The notes beneath the pieces were generated by a model. It saw nothing but the letters and a program-made list of their open reading frames with translations, had not been told where the DNA came from and did not search any database. From Alphaproteobacteria bacterium (lineage in GTDB: Bacteria; Pseudomonadota; Alphaproteobacteria; Rs-D84; CACZYB01): a DNA stretch of 64,000 bases. Every line of letters begins with the position of its first letter. Within the stretch, counting starts at the first letter, position 1. Position numbers and translations under genes: made by a program. This document shows positions 20,076 to 31,960 of the stretch, piece by piece. Location of the stretch: contig JAEDDP010000001.1 of assembly GCA_016297965.1 (NCBI GenBank), positions 75,347-139,346 of the forward strand, given 5' to 3'.

Positions 20076-21263
20076 ATGAAAAAAAATATATCTTTTTTGG
20101 CATTGTCCGTTTTGCTTGCTTCTTGTGTAACAGATAGCAATGTTCCCATACGTTCGGCTACACGACCTGCACCGTATAATGAAACAAATTTTTATGATGC
20201 ATCGTATGATGATAATAATATGGTTGATGCGGGTATGTATCAACAACCGGTGGTAGAACAACCAAATGTTGCCGATGCCGAACCACAACCAGTTGCGGAA
20301 AATAAAACTTCTATGATGGACGAGGTTAATTCCGTTAATGCAACAAACAATGTTGATGTAAATAAGACAAATTTTGGTGTAATGGGAAGTTATAAAATTG
20401 GAAATCCATATTTAATTGATGGCGTTTCATATTACCCACATGAAGATTTTGCATACAGTGAAATTGGTATGGCATCATGGTATGGTCCAAATTTCCATGG
20501 TGGAAAAACCGCAAATGGAGAAGTTTTTGATGAAAATAAATTTACTGCGGCACACAGAACTTTGCCAATGCCTTGTCTTGTAAGGGTGACAAATTTGGAA
20601 AATGGTGTTTCCGTAAATGTAAAGGTTAATGATCGTGGTCCGTATGCAAGAGACAGAATTATTGATTTATCATCCGCAGCGGCAGATGTTTTGGGTATTA
20701 AACAAAAGGGTTCTGCACGTGTGAAGGTTGAAATACTTCCAGAGGAAAGTCGTAAATTAAAGGATCTTGCAATTGCATCACAAAATACAGATATTTATCC
20801 ACCAAATATTGGATATTCATCATTTGCCGTACAACCACAGGCAAAGGTTGAAGAACCAAAGATGGTAAAGGAACCTGGTTTGGATAATGCGGTTTCCGCT
20901 GGTCCTGTACCTCAACAACAAGCGGTTGTTGCACCAGCTCCTGTTCCAGCTCCTGCTCCTGCTGTGGCACCTACTTCTTCAAATGCAACTAAGGCTTCTG
21001 CTAGTGGTGATTATTTTGTTCAGGTTGCGGCATATTCAACCTATGAAAAGGCCGAAGCATTGAAGGACAAGCTTGTAAATATTGGTACAGTAAAAATATT
21101 TAAATCTGTGGTTAATGGAAATACTCTTTATAAGGTTCGTCTTGGCGAATTTGGAACAAAGGAAGAGGCCGAAAAGGCAAGGACTGCTGTAACAAATGCG
21201 GGAATTACCGGATCACGGGTAATCCTTAAAGAAGATGGTGCCTTTAAGTGGTACATTAAATAG
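20076..21263 (+). CDS. rlpA: septal ring lytic transglycosylase RlpA-like lipoprotein (DPBB + SPOR domains)
   Basis: Lipobox LLASC; DPBB GMASWYGPNFHGGKTANGEVFD...VNDRGPY; C-terminal SPOR domain GDYFVQVAAYSTYEKAEAL. Confidence 0.8.
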   Translation: MKKNISFLALSVLLASCVTDSNVPIRSATRPAPYNETNFYDASYDDNNMVDAGMYQQPVVEQPNVADAEPQPVAENKTSMMDEVNSVNATNNVDVNKTNFGVMGSYKIGNPYLIDGVSYYPHEDFAYSEIGMASWYGPNFHGGKTANGEVFDENKFTAAHRTLPMPCLVRVTNLENGVSVNVKVNDRGPYARDRIIDLSSAAADVLGIKQKGSARVKVEILPEESRKLKDLAIASQNTDIYPPNIGYSSFAVQPQAKVEEPKMVKEPGLDNAVSAGPVPQQQAVVAPAPVPAPAPAVAPTSSNATKASASGDYFVQVAAYSTYEKAEALKDKLVNIGTVKIFKSVVNGNTLYKVRLGEFGTKEEAEKARTAVTNAGITGSRVILKEDGAFKWYIK

Positions 21264-21301
21264 TAGTCAAGTTTCAATTTCCTTAACTAGTGTAAAAATA
21301 A

Positions 21302-21326
21302 AGCCCTTTTTAAAAGGGCTTTTTCA
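21302..21326 (+). terminator. intrinsic terminator after rlpA
   Basis: AAAGCCCTTTTTAAAAGGGCTTT hairpin followed by a T-run. Confidence 0.6.
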
Positions 21327-21334
21327 TATAACTT

Positions 21335-22966
21335 TTATTGATTTTGTTTATTTAGGAGTTTGTTGTATACCACATTATCCCGTACAATATTTGTTGCGAT
21401 TTTTAATGTTAGGTTTTGGGTATCCTTATTCGGATAAATCGCACGGCAACTGTTCCTTATATTATTGATTGTTTCCGCAGAATTGTTATTGTTTGTTGGG
21501 CGATTGTCAACAAATCGGTTCTTTATAATATTTGTTTTTAATGTTGTAATATCCTTTTCCGAAAATATTGATGAGGTGCAAATAAGTGGAACAACACCAG
21601 TTTTATTTGTTGAAATGTTTTTTGCATTTAATGTGTCATAGGTTGCAAATTCAATTTCACCGCCGTTTGGAAGGTCAAATGTTTTTGAAATTGTTCCAAT
21701 TCCGAATGATGGTGTTCCAATAACAACGGCACGGTTTACCCCCTCAAATATAGACGCGAAAATTTCGGCGGGTCCCTTTGTTGTATTATCAATAATTATA
21801 ACAATAGGAAGGTTGTTTGAAATATCACCAGATTTTGTTGTATAGGTTTGTGTTTCATCTTCCTTTGAATTTGATGCCCTTAATATTTCACGGGAATTGA
21901 TGAAAAGGTTTGCAGATTCAATTGCTTCATCCGCAAGTCCGTTTATGTTTCCGCGAAGGTCAAGGATAAGTCCGGGCATCTTTTTATTTTTAATTGTATC
22001 AAATGATTTTTTCAATTCGCGGGATGAACCCTTTTTGAAATTGTTTATTGTTATAACCGGAATATCATCAACTATTTCAACATTTGTTGATGGGATTGAT
22101 ATTTTGTTTTTTCGTATAAATACCCGTGCCGGAATATTTGAAATATATGGGATATATGTTAGGTACATAATGTCCGTATCGGTACTTGTTAACAAATATT
22201 CAATTTGTTCATCGGTAAGGCTTCGTGTAGGGATGTTGTTTATATGCGTTATTAAATCGCCGGTTTTAACATCGGAAAAATATATTGGGGAATCGTTTAA
22301 AATACTTAATACTTGAAGTCCGAATGTTGTTTTTCGGTATGTAAAGCCAAGCGAGGTAGAGGCAAGGGCTTCCTTTTTCTTTTGTGTATTTATTGGGTCT
22401 GTATAATTTGCGTTTTCATCAAGACTTTTTAACAAATACAATGTCGTTGTATAATAAATTTGTTCTTGGTTGGCATCGGCCATTTTTTTATTATTTTTTC
22501 GCAAACTTAATATTGTATTAAGGAGGATGTTTACCCAATTATTTACGTCTTCATCCCCAGTTTTTTTGAAATTACCGATAAGTTTGTAATTTTTATCATA
22601 TATTAAAATTCGGTTTTCTGTCGTATTCATTTTTAATTGTTCAACGAATCCGGAAAGACCTTCAAGGATTTTATTGGTTATATCCTTATATGATACAGGT
22701 TTTACAAAATTTTCGTGTAATGTTTTATAAAGGGTGTTGTAATATTTTTTTGCATCCTCAATTGAAAAATTATCAACAATGTCGGTACCCTTTACCCAAT
22801 ATTCATTTTCGTTGTATGTGTATTTGTCCGCATTTTCCTTTGATATAGGAATTACATCAACGGGACCGAATTTATATTGTATTGGTTTAATGGTTTGTTT
22901 TGTATTTGCAAAAACAGAAGAAGGGAGAAGTAATGACAATCCCAAAAATATTTTGTTATATTTCAT
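21335..22966 (-). CDS. S41-family C-terminal processing peptidase
   Basis: Signal peptide; PGLILDLRGNINGLADEAIESANLF, which matches the S41 LRxNxGG region. Confidence 0.65.
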   Translation of the reverse strand: MKYNKIFLGLSLLLPSSVFANTKQTIKPIQYKFGPVDVIPISKENADKYTYNENEYWVKGTDIVDNFSIEDAKKYYNTLYKTLHENFVKPVSYKDITNKILEGLSGFVEQLKMNTTENRILIYDKNYKLIGNFKKTGDEDVNNWVNILLNTILSLRKNNKKMADANQEQIYYTTTLYLLKSLDENANYTDPINTQKKKEALASTSLGFTYRKTTFGLQVLSILNDSPIYFSDVKTGDLITHINNIPTRSLTDEQIEYLLTSTDTDIMYLTYIPYISNIPARVFIRKNKISIPSTNVEIVDDIPVITINNFKKGSSRELKKSFDTIKNKKMPGLILDLRGNINGLADEAIESANLFINSREILRASNSKEDETQTYTTKSGDISNNLPIVIIIDNTTKGPAEIFASIFEGVNRAVVIGTPSFGIGTISKTFDLPNGGEIEFATYDTLNAKNISTNKTGVVPLICTSSIFSEKDITTLKTNIIKNRFVDNRPTNNNNSAETINNIRNSCRAIYPNKDTQNLTLKIATNIVRDNVVYNKLLNKQNQ

Positions 22967-22991
22967 TTTTCCTCCCCCTTAAACTGAATGA

Positions 22992-23834
22992 CTATTTCAT
23001 CTGCTTTTTAAACATCAAAAGAGATGATGTTGAAAGCAATGTTGATGAATAAGTTCCAATAATTATACCAAACAACATAACGGATGAAAATCCACGAAGA
23101 ACTTCACCACCGAAAACAAGGATTGAAAGTACAGCAAATATTGTTGTGATTCCGGTCAAAATGGTTCGTGAAAAAGTTTCGTTTATTGAAAGGTCAATTA
23201 TTTCAGACAATGACTTGTTCTTATACCTTTTTAAATTTTCACGGATACAATCGTAAATCACAACTGTATCATTGATGGAATAACCCGCAAGTGTTAATAG
23301 GGATGCAAGGGTTGTTAAATCAAATTCTATCCTTAAAATAATAATCATACCCAATGCCAAAATAATATCGTGAGCAAGAGAAAGTCCCGCACCAACAGCG
23401 AATGGCAATTCAAAACGTGCCCAAATGTATAGAGAGATTGCAAGCACTGATAATAAAACTGCAAATACACTGTTTTTAACCAAATCTGAACCAACCTTTG
23501 GGCCAACAATTTGTGTGTTTCTGTATTCTATGGTTGGGCCAAGTGTTTGTTTTACTTCGTTCAACATTATGGCAATTTCTGCTTCGTTTTTATTTCCCCG
23601 TGGTAAACGGATTGATAAAAGGTCGCCGGTGGTTCCTTCGGATTGAATTTCAGGGGAAAACTTGTGCAAATCATTTCTGATTTGTTCAATGTTGGCAACA
23701 CCTTGGGTCTTTACCTCCATCAAAATACCGCCGGAAAAATCAATACCATAATTAAATGGCTTTGTTGCGATTAGGTAAAGTGAGGCAATAACAAATAATC
23801 CAGCAATGGTTGTGAATATTTTATTATACTTCAT
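22992..23834 (-). CDS. secF: protein translocase subunit SecF
   Basis: NYGIDFSGG start region and a multi-TM SecF core. The ORF extends to 23882, but MKYNKIF at 23834 is the likelier start. Confidence 0.8.
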   Translation of the reverse strand: MKYNKIFTTIAGLFVIASLYLIATKPFNYGIDFSGGILMEVKTQGVANIEQIRNDLHKFSPEIQSEGTTGDLLSIRLPRGNKNEAEIAIMLNEVKQTLGPTIEYRNTQIVGPKVGSDLVKNSVFAVLLSVLAISLYIWARFELPFAVGAGLSLAHDIILALGMIIILRIEFDLTTLASLLTLAGYSINDTVVIYDCIRENLKRYKNKSLSEIIDLSINETFSRTILTGITTIFAVLSILVFGGEVLRGFSSVMLFGIIIGTYSSTLLSTSSLLMFKKQMK

Positions 23835-23896
23835 TACGGAAAAATGTGTTTGTATAGGTACAAGTTTTATAAGCTTAAACATTATTTAAAAACCTC

Positions 23897-24190
23897 TTAT
23901 TCAATAATTTTTGGAACTGTAAAAAATTCACCTTCATCATCAGGAGCAGGTGCATTTTTAAGGATTTCTTCCCTTGTATTTTCCATTCTTACGGTATCAA
24001 CACGTTTTGGAAGTGAATGTTCGTTTACGGAAATCAAAGGTTCAACACCGTCAACGTTTACATCGTCAAGTCCTTCAATCCATTCAATAACGTTTTCAAG
24101 TTCAGGTATCATCTTTTCGGCAAGTTCATCAGGCATTCCTATACGAACAAGTTTTGCATTTTTTTTGATTTTTTCTTTTGTAAAGTACAT
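23897..24190 (-). CDS. gatC: Asp/Glu-tRNA amidotransferase subunit C
   Basis: 97 aa; the LVRIGMPDELAEKMIPELENVIEWIEGL pattern is typical of GatC. Confidence 0.7.
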   Translation of the reverse strand: MYFTKEKIKKNAKLVRIGMPDELAEKMIPELENVIEWIEGLDDVNVDGVEPLISVNEHSLPKRVDTVRMENTREEILKNAPAPDDEGEFFTVPKIIE

Positions 24191-24328
24191 AGCAATTCCT
24201 CTTTTTTATACATTGAATATTAGCATTATTCAGTTTTATTAGTCAAGTATTGATTAAAAAGAAAAGTAAATTATCAAATTGATTTTGTTTATAAAATTTT
24301 TTGTTTGTGTAAATTTTAATTTTTTCTC

Positions 24329-24357
24329 TTGCAAAACATAAAATAATTATGTATATT
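24329..24357 (+). promoter_or_regulatory. candidate sigma70 promoter for tRNA-Gly (TTGCAA-N17-TATATT)
   Basis: The -10 hexamer ends 12 nt before the tRNA 5' end. Confidence 0.4.
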
Positions 24358-24369
24358 ATTTCCTGTTTT

Positions 24370-24443
24370 GCGGGTGTAGCTCAATGGTAGAGTTCCAGCC
24401 TTCCAAGCTGGCCGTGAGGGTTCGATTCCCTTCACCCGCTCCA
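24370..24443 (+). tRNA. tRNA-Gly (anticodon TCC)
   Basis: Acceptor GCGGGTG/CACCCGC, anticodon stem CCAGC/GCTGG with loop CTTCCAA, T-loop TTCGATT, 3' CCA. Confidence 0.85.
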
Positions 24444-24456
24444 AGTTTTAGGGGGA

Positions 24457-24489
24457 AGATGATGGCTTTTGTTATCATCTTTTTTTTTG
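24457..24489 (+). terminator. intrinsic terminator after tRNA-Gly
   Basis: AAGATGAT...ATCATCTT 8-bp stem followed by T9. Confidence 0.6.
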
Positions 24490-24506
24490 TTTTGAAGGAA
24501 TAGATT

Positions 24507-25289
24507 ATGAATACATATAAGAAAAAAGTACTTATTTATAATGATAATGGTGTTTTTGATATTAGTAATTTGAAAAACTCGTTGAAAAATCATTTTATTA
24601 AACACGATGTTTCGGTTGATACAATCAATGCAAGGGAGCTTTTAGCAAAACAAAAGCTTAATAATGAAGAAGTTGTTGCATTTTTTATGCCGGGTGGAAT
24701 TGCAAATGAGTATTACAAAAAATTGTTTGGTGAAGGAAACAAAATTATTCAAGATTATGTAAATTTGGGTGGAACATATTTTGGAATTTGTGCCGGTGCA
24801 TACTATGCGTGTAAAAATGTTGAATTTGAAACGGAAATTCCAGAATCTAGGCTTTCTATGAATTATGGACTTGATTTGGTGAATGGTGTTGCAAGGGGTA
24901 CTATGTATAAAGAATTTGATATATTACCTTTTTCCAAAAGGCCAGAATCGGTTGCCGTTGTTAAGTTAAAAGGTAAAAAGTTAATGTCAAATTATGCGGC
25001 CATATATCATGGTGGTCCATTTTTTGATGAATTTGGTGAAGATTGCAAAGTTTTGGCAAATTATTGCTGTGATAGCAAAAATGAATATCCGGCGATTATG
25101 TCGCTACCTTATGGTGATGGAAATGTGATTCTTTCGGGTGTGCATTTTGAAACAGGTGCGGACGATTTGGAAACTTTGAAACCATATCTTTATAAAAATA
25201 AAAGCTATATGGAATTATTGAAAAATCTTAAAAAGGGTGAAAAGGCCCGCAAAAAATTATTTAAAAGTCTTATGACGAAAATAATGTAA
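24507..25289 (+). CDS. BPL_N / class-I glutamine-amidotransferase-like domain protein
   Basis: VVAFFMPGG...GGTYFGICAGAYYA matches BPL_N-type GATase-like folds. Confidence 0.4.
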   Translation: MNTYKKKVLIYNDNGVFDISNLKNSLKNHFIKHDVSVDTINARELLAKQKLNNEEVVAFFMPGGIANEYYKKLFGEGNKIIQDYVNLGGTYFGICAGAYYACKNVEFETEIPESRLSMNYGLDLVNGVARGTMYKEFDILPFSKRPESVAVVKLKGKKLMSNYAAIYHGGPFFDEFGEDCKVLANYCCDSKNEYPAIMSLPYGDGNVILSGVHFETGADDLETLKPYLYKNKSYMELLKNLKKGEKARKKLFKSLMTKIM

Positions 25290-25420
25290 AATATTTAAAA
25301 ATAACTTGCTTTTTTTAAATAATTTCTATACAATATGGCGCATGTGATTTTAAATCAGGGGATTCCTGATGACAATCCTTTGGCAAAAACTGTTAATATA
25401 AACTTAAAAGGAGCTATAAT

Positions 25421-26596
25421 ATGGCAAAAGAAACATATGTAAGAACAAAGCCCCATGTAAACATTGGTACTATTGGCCATGTTGATCATGGTAAGACAAC
25501 AACAACTGCTGCTATTACAAAGTTCTTTGGTGAATTCAGAGCTTATGATCAAATTGATAATGCACCAGAAGAAAAAGCACGTGGTATTACTATTAACACA
25601 TCTCATGTTGAATATGAAACAGACAAGAGACACTATGCTCACGTTGACTGTCCAGGGCATGCCGATTATGTTAAGAACATGATCACTGGTGCTGCTCAAA
25701 TGGATGGTGCTATTTTGGTTGTTTCAGCTGCTGATGGTCCTATGCCTCAAACACGTGAACACATCCTTCTTGCACGTCAAGTTGGTGTTCCAGCAATCGT
25801 TGTATTCTTGAACAAATGTGATATGGTTGATGATCCAGAAATGCTTGAACTTGTTGAAATGGAAGTTCGTGACCTATTGACAAAATATGGTTTCCCTGGT
25901 GATACAACTCCAATCATTCGTGGTTCTGCTCTTTGTGCTTTGGAAGATACAAACAAAGAACTTGGTGAAGATGCAATCCGTAAGTTGATGGCTGCTGTTG
26001 ATGAATTTATTCCAACTCCAGATCGTCCACTTGATAAACCATTCTTGATGCCAATTGAAGACGTTTTCTCAATTTCAGGACGTGGTACTGTTGTTACAGG
26101 TCGTGTTGAAACTGGTGTTGTTAGAGTTGGTGATGAAGTTGAAATTGTTGGTATTAGACCTACAACAAAAACAACTGTTACTGGTGTTGAAATGTTCCGT
26201 AAACTTCTTGATGAAGGTGAAGCTGGTGATAACATTGGTGTTCTTCTTCGTGGTACAAAGAAAGAAGAAGTTGAACGTGGACAAGTTCTTGCAAAACCTG
26301 GTACAGTTACACCACACAAGAAATTTGAATGTGAATGCTATATTTTGACAAAAGAAGAAGGTGGTAGACATACTGCATTCTTGTCAAACTATCGTCCACA
26401 ATTCTATTTCAGAACAACTGATGTTACAGGTGCCGTAGTTCTTCCAGAAGATGTGAAGATGGTTATGCCTGGTGATAACGTAAGAATGACAGTTGAACTT
26501 ATAACATCTGTTGCTATGAGTGAAGGTCTTCGTTTTGCTATCCGTGAAGGTGGTAGAACAGTTGGTGCTGGTGTTGTTTCAAAGATTATTGAATAA
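25421..26596 (+). CDS. tuf: elongation factor Tu
   Basis: [17 protein letters not shown] and NKCD motifs; 391 aa. Confidence 0.97.
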   Translation: MAKETYVRTKPHVNIGTIGHVDHGKTTTTAAITKFFGEFRAYDQIDNAPEEKARGITINTSHVEYETDKRHYAHVDCPGHADYVKNMITGAAQMDGAILVVSAADGPMPQTREHILLARQVGVPAIVVFLNKCDMVDDPEMLELVEMEVRDLLTKYGFPGDTTPIIRGSALCALEDTNKELGEDAIRKLMAAVDEFIPTPDRPLDKPFLMPIEDVFSISGRGTVVTGRVETGVVRVGDEVEIVGIRPTTKTTVTGVEMFRKLLDEGEAGDNIGVLLRGTKKEEVERGQVLAKPGTVTPHKKFECECYILTKEEGGRHTAFLSNYRPQFYFRTTDVTGAVVLPEDVKMVMPGDNVRMTVELITSVAMSEGLRFAIREGGRTVGAGVVSKIIE

Positions 26597-26626
26597 CATT
26601 GGTTTTTCAGCTTAGATACAAGGAAC

Positions 26627-26648
26627 CTCCCGTTTGGGAGGTTTTTTG
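26627..26648 (+). terminator. intrinsic terminator after tuf (CCTCCC/GGGAGG family)
   Basis: AACCTCCC-gttt-GGGAGGTT followed by T6. Confidence 0.7.
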
Positions 26649-26724
26649 TTGTATTGTTTTATTTTGTTTTTGCTTTTTTATAAAGAATCAGATAAGCTTT
26701 TTGTGAAAGTAAAGGGTTTTAGTT

Positions 26725-28479
26725 ATGGCATTTGATAAAGCGTTTATAGAAAGTATAAGGGACAGAATTTCAATAGTTGATGTTATTTCACGATATGTTC
26801 CACTCACAAGAAAAGGTAAGGAAAATTGGGGATGTTGTCCGTTCCATACGGAAAAAACAGCTTCGTTTTCGGTAAGTGAGGATAAAAATTTTTATCATTG
26901 TTTTGGTTGTGGTGCGCATGGTGATGTAATAACTTTTATTATGCAAACGCAACATCTTTCTTTTATTGAAGCGATTGAAAAGCTTTGTCATGATGCGGGG
27001 ATTCCAATTCCTGTGGCGACGGAAGAACAGAAACGTCGGGATAAGGAATCACATGATCTTTATGAAGTATTGCAAATGGCGGCGGATTATTATAAGGAAA
27101 AACTTTTTTCGGATGAAGGAATGGTTGGACTTGAATATTTACGAAAACGTCAATTATCCGATGAAATGATTGCAAACTTTCATTTGTGTTATGCACCGGC
27201 GGGACGTGATAACCTTATTCAATATTTAAAGGGGAAGGGGGTTCCGTTAAAGCTTATCCTTGATGCTGGGCTTGCCCGTGTAAGTGATAGAACTCATACA
27301 CCGTATGATTATTTTCGTGAACGGGTTTTGTTCCCGATTACGGATTCACGGGGGCGAATTATTGCTTTTGGCGGACGTATTATGATAAAGGATGATAGTC
27401 TTCCAAAGTATCTAAATTCACCAGAATCATTAGTGTTTTCAAAGGGACGAAACTTGTATGGGCTTGCCCAAGCACGAATTGCCGCCATAGAAAGCAAGCA
27501 AGTTATTGCAACAGAAGGATATATGGATTGTATATCATTGCACCAGTTTGGTTTTAAAATGGCGGTGGCTCCTCTTGGTACGGCTATAACCGAAATGCAA
27601 ATAGAATTATTATGGAAATTAGCTCCGGAGCCAACACTTTGTTTTGATTCCGATGGTGCAGGAAGAAAGGCGGGGATAAGAGCTGCATTAAGGGTTCTTC
27701 CTATACTTAAACCTGGGTATTCGTTAAGGTTTTGTTTGCTTGAAGGAGCAAAGGATCCGGATGAATTTTTACATGCCTATGGTCATGAAAAATTTCAGGA
27801 AGTTCTTGATTCAAAATGTATTTCTTTGTCAGATATTTTGTGGATGTATTTTACCTCTGACAGAGATGTAAAAACTCCGGAACAACGGGCTGGATTGGAA
27901 GAAGATATAAAACGGGAACTTTCTCGGGTGAAAAGTGAAAGTATTCGCAAATTTTATTTGGATGAATTTAATCAGCGGATGAGGAGACAATATTCAAAAC
28001 TTGCCAGTGTGAAAAAAACTGTTATTCCAAAGGCAAATCCAGAAAATTTGAATGAAAAAATGATTTTGGCTTTTTCAATTGCCTATCCAAATTTGTTTGC
28101 AAAGTTTTTGGAAAGTGGTAAGAAAATAGAACTTTCACATCCGGTTTATAAGAAGATTTTTGATGAAGTTATACGGGAGGTTTCGGTTAATCCGCATACC
28201 AGAGAAACAATTTTACGGTACCTTAATGATAAGGGATTTAATCCACAGGTTCTTTTGAAATTTGAAATTGAATCTTTGGTTAAAAATCCGGAGGAAGCAT
28301 CAAAGCTTTTGGATGAAAAAGTTTTGCGGTTTGATTTGGAAAAATTGGAGACGGAATTTAAGGATTTGAATGTTCAACTTTTGACGGTTTCAGGAGATGA
28401 AGTTGAGAAGGTTCGTGAAAAAATTCAGGCTGTGAAATCGGAAATGCAAAATATAAAGGATAAGTTGGAGGAAGTTTAG
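26725..28479 (+). CDS. dnaG: DNA primase
   Basis: Zinc ribbon CCPFHTEKTASFSV...YHCFGCGAHGD, and a Toprim EGYMD region. Confidence 0.9.
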   Translation: MAFDKAFIESIRDRISIVDVISRYVPLTRKGKENWGCCPFHTEKTASFSVSEDKNFYHCFGCGAHGDVITFIMQTQHLSFIEAIEKLCHDAGIPIPVATEEQKRRDKESHDLYEVLQMAADYYKEKLFSDEGMVGLEYLRKRQLSDEMIANFHLCYAPAGRDNLIQYLKGKGVPLKLILDAGLARVSDRTHTPYDYFRERVLFPITDSRGRIIAFGGRIMIKDDSLPKYLNSPESLVFSKGRNLYGLAQARIAAIESKQVIATEGYMDCISLHQFGFKMAVAPLGTAITEMQIELLWKLAPEPTLCFDSDGAGRKAGIRAALRVLPILKPGYSLRFCLLEGAKDPDEFLHAYGHEKFQEVLDSKCISLSDILWMYFTSDRDVKTPEQRAGLEEDIKRELSRVKSESIRKFYLDEFNQRMRRQYSKLASVKKTVIPKANPENLNEKMILAFSIAYPNLFAKFLESGKKIELSHPVYKKIFDEVIREVSVNPHTRETILRYLNDKGFNPQVLLKFEIESLVKNPEEASKLLDEKVLRFDLEKLETEFKDLNVQLLTVSGDEVEKVREKIQAVKSEMQNIKDKLEEV

Positions 28480-28482
28480 GTT

Positions 28483-29124
28483 ATGATGGTGATGAAAAAG
28501 TCAGAATTTCTTGAAATGCTTTGTCTTTTTGATGAAAAGATTGGTCCGAAAAAATCTGAACTTAATTATAAAAATCCGTATACCTTTGCGGTGGCGGTGT
28601 TGCTTTCAGCACAGGCGACCGATAAGTCGGTGAATATTGCGACAAAGGATTTGTTTGAAGTTGCCGATAATCCACGGGCGATGGTTGAACTTGGGCTTTT
28701 GGAAGTTAAAAAGTACATCCGGACAATAGGACTTTTTAATGCAAAGGCAAAGCATATTATTGAAATGTCGGAAATGCTTATTTCTGATTTTAATGGCGAA
28801 CTTCCACGGACGCGTGAAGATTTGATGAAGCTTTCAGGGATTGGAAGAAAGTCGGCGAATGTTATTTTGAATGAACTTTATGGTGAACCAACCATTGGTG
28901 TGGATACGCATGTTCTTCGTCTTGTGAAACGGCTTGGGCTTATGGGGGATGAATTTAAGACACCGGAGGAGGTTGAAGCGGAACTTGACCGGATTATTCC
29001 GGAAAAATATAAACCATTTATTTCAAATTATTTGGTTTTGTTTGGACGGTATGTTTGTCGGGCGAAAAATCCAAAATGCGATGAATGTTATATGAAAAAA
29101 TTTTGTCAGTTGCTAAAAAAGTAA
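28483..29124 (+). CDS. nth: endonuclease III
   Basis: HhH-GPD LSGIGRKSANV..., and a C-terminal 4Fe-4S C-x6-C-x2-C-x5-C motif. Confidence 0.85.
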   Translation: MMVMKKSEFLEMLCLFDEKIGPKKSELNYKNPYTFAVAVLLSAQATDKSVNIATKDLFEVADNPRAMVELGLLEVKKYIRTIGLFNAKAKHIIEMSEMLISDFNGELPRTREDLMKLSGIGRKSANVILNELYGEPTIGVDTHVLRLVKRLGLMGDEFKTPEEVEAELDRIIPEKYKPFISNYLVLFGRYVCRAKNPKCDECYMKKFCQLLKK

Positions 29125-29207
29125 ATTTTTTTTCAAAATTTATAACTTTTTCTTGTAGTTTTTAAAGTTCTATTTTATATTTATGTGTAATTGTAAAAAA
29201 TCTTTAA

Positions 29208-30272
<1,065 letters not shown>

Positions 30273-30294
30273 TAAAAATATTATTATAAAATAA

Positions 30295-30327
30295 AATCCC
30301 CTTTGTGTTTCATTGGGGATTTTTTTG
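30295..30327. terminator. bidirectional terminator hairpin
   Basis: AATCCCC...GGGGATT followed by T7; overlaps the rsmA stop. Confidence 0.5.
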
Positions 30328-31179
30328 TATTTCAGTTGCGATGGATAAAAAGACTTCCGGTGAAAGCTCCTCCGCCCGTGATGTTTCCTTTATTTTAAGT
30401 TTTTCAAATGTCATTGCCATTTGTTCTGGCGTTGCAAACAGAGGTTTAAGTGTGGACCGAATCATTTTCCTTCGTTCGGAAAATACCTGTTTTACGACCT
30501 CTTCGGTTTTTAAAAGTAATTCTTTTTCTGGTTGGTTGCTGTTGGATATAAATTCAACAATGCATGATGTTATTTTTGGTGGTGGAGTGAAACAAGTCCG
30601 TGGAACCTTAAATAAAATTCGTGTTTTATTTGTTAATCCGGCCATTATGGATATTCTTCCGTAATCCTTTGTATGTGGATGTGCGGTTATTCGTTCGCCA
30701 ACTTCAAGTTGGTACATAAGTGTCATTGAGTTTATAATGTCGGCATTATAAAACCATTGTATGGTGAGTGGAATTGAAACATTGTATGGAAGATTTGCAC
30801 AAATACGGAAGTCGCAATTTGGGGCATAGGTTTCCTTTAATTCCCGAAAATTAATTTTAAGGGCGTCGCCTTCAATTATTTCAAGCCTGTCGCCATAGGT
30901 TTCCTTTAATTCATTCAAAATACCAATTGCACGTGTATCAAGTTCAATGGCAATAACCTTTTTGGCATTGTTTTTTAATAGGGCGCGTGTAAGTCCGGCC
31001 GGTCCGGAACCAACCTCTACCACAACGGAATTTTGAATATTGGGAACGGATTTTGCGATACGGTCAGTCAAATTTAGGTCAAGGATGAAGTTTTGACCCA
31101 ATGATTTTAGCGCCCTTAATTCATATTTGTTTATGAAATCGGAAACGGAAGGAAGGTTGTCATAATATTTTTCGGTCAT
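30310..31179 (-). CDS. rsmA: 16S rRNA (adenine1518/1519-N6)-dimethyltransferase
   Basis: LGQNFILD, VVEVGSGPAGLT and NLPYN motifs. Confidence 0.85.
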   Translation of the reverse strand: MTEKYYDNLPSVSDFINKYELRALKSLGQNFILDLNLTDRIAKSVPNIQNSVVVEVGSGPAGLTRALLKNNAKKVIAIELDTRAIGILNELKETYGDRLEIIEGDALKINFRELKETYAPNCDFRICANLPYNVSIPLTIQWFYNADIINSMTLMYQLEVGERITAHPHTKDYGRISIMAGLTNKTRILFKVPRTCFTPPPKITSCIVEFISNSNQPEKELLLKTEEVVKQVFSERRKMIRSTLKPLFATPEQMAMTFEKLKIKETSRAEELSPEVFLSIATEIQKNPQ

Positions 31180-31257
31180 AGTTGTAAATTTATTTTGTAT
31201 TATTTTCTTATTTATGTTATCATATCTTATGTATTTTTAATATAAAAGGAGAAAATT

Positions 31258-31782
31258 ATGAAATTTAAAAATGACTTGGGACGTTCAATGTTTGAAATGG
31301 TCCTTTACCTTGGTTTAATCGTTGTTATTACAACATCAACAATAAGCATGTATTCTGAATCCGTTGAAAAAACACGAAATATTCAGGCAGATAGCCAGAT
31401 TGAAGATATTCAGGAAAAGGTTAATTTGTACTATCTTGGCCGTCCATTCCCTTCTACCGGTCAAATTGAAACAGTTTTGCAAACAAAGCTTGGTAATCAA
31501 ATAAACCTTGTTGATCCATGGGGTTCAAAGATTACAGTTTATGCAAACAAGACCGGTGCCGGTACTGGACTTTTGGAGGATCCTTACTTTGGTATAAAGT
31601 TTTCAAATTTGGATAAGAAAAGATGTATAAATGTTTCAAATCTTTTCATTCAAAAGGGTGCCGTAACGGTTGAAGTTAATGAAACAAAGAAAAATACATC
31701 CTTTACAATCAGCGATGCCGCAAAAAGTTGTACAAAGGATGGTGCAACAAATACCGTTCAGGGATTCTTTAAAAAAGATTAA
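31258..31782 (+). CDS. small type-IV-pilin-like protein (class III signal-peptide-like N-terminus)
   Basis: MKFKNDLG|RSMFE: basic leader, Gly, Glu at +5, then a hydrophobic helix MVLYLGLIVVI. Its leader resembles the three large paralogs at 47.8-52.0 kb. Confidence 0.4.
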   Translation: MKFKNDLGRSMFEMVLYLGLIVVITTSTISMYSESVEKTRNIQADSQIEDIQEKVNLYYLGRPFPSTGQIETVLQTKLGNQINLVDPWGSKITVYANKTGAGTGLLEDPYFGIKFSNLDKKRCINVSNLFIQKGAVTVEVNETKKNTSFTISDAAKSCTKDGATNTVQGFFKKD

Positions 31783-31960
31783 ATATAAGAAAAAACTTGA
31801 TTTTTTTTGAAGGGTGGTGTATCTTTACATCACCTTTCTGTTTGATAGATTCTTTTTTATATGTAAGGAATTATTTTCAGACGGATGATTCAAAGGATTT
31901 TAACATAGGGTTAAAATTTAAAAATAACACCTTTGAAATGAACCCATAAGGAGTATAAAT

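Noticed and set aside
26055-26371. Two ORFs inside tuf (97 aa in a + frame, 98 aa in a - frame).
   Set aside because: They are fully contained in an unmistakable EF-Tu gene, with low-complexity K/L/V/N/F/T translation typical of out-of-frame reads of AT-rich coding DNA.
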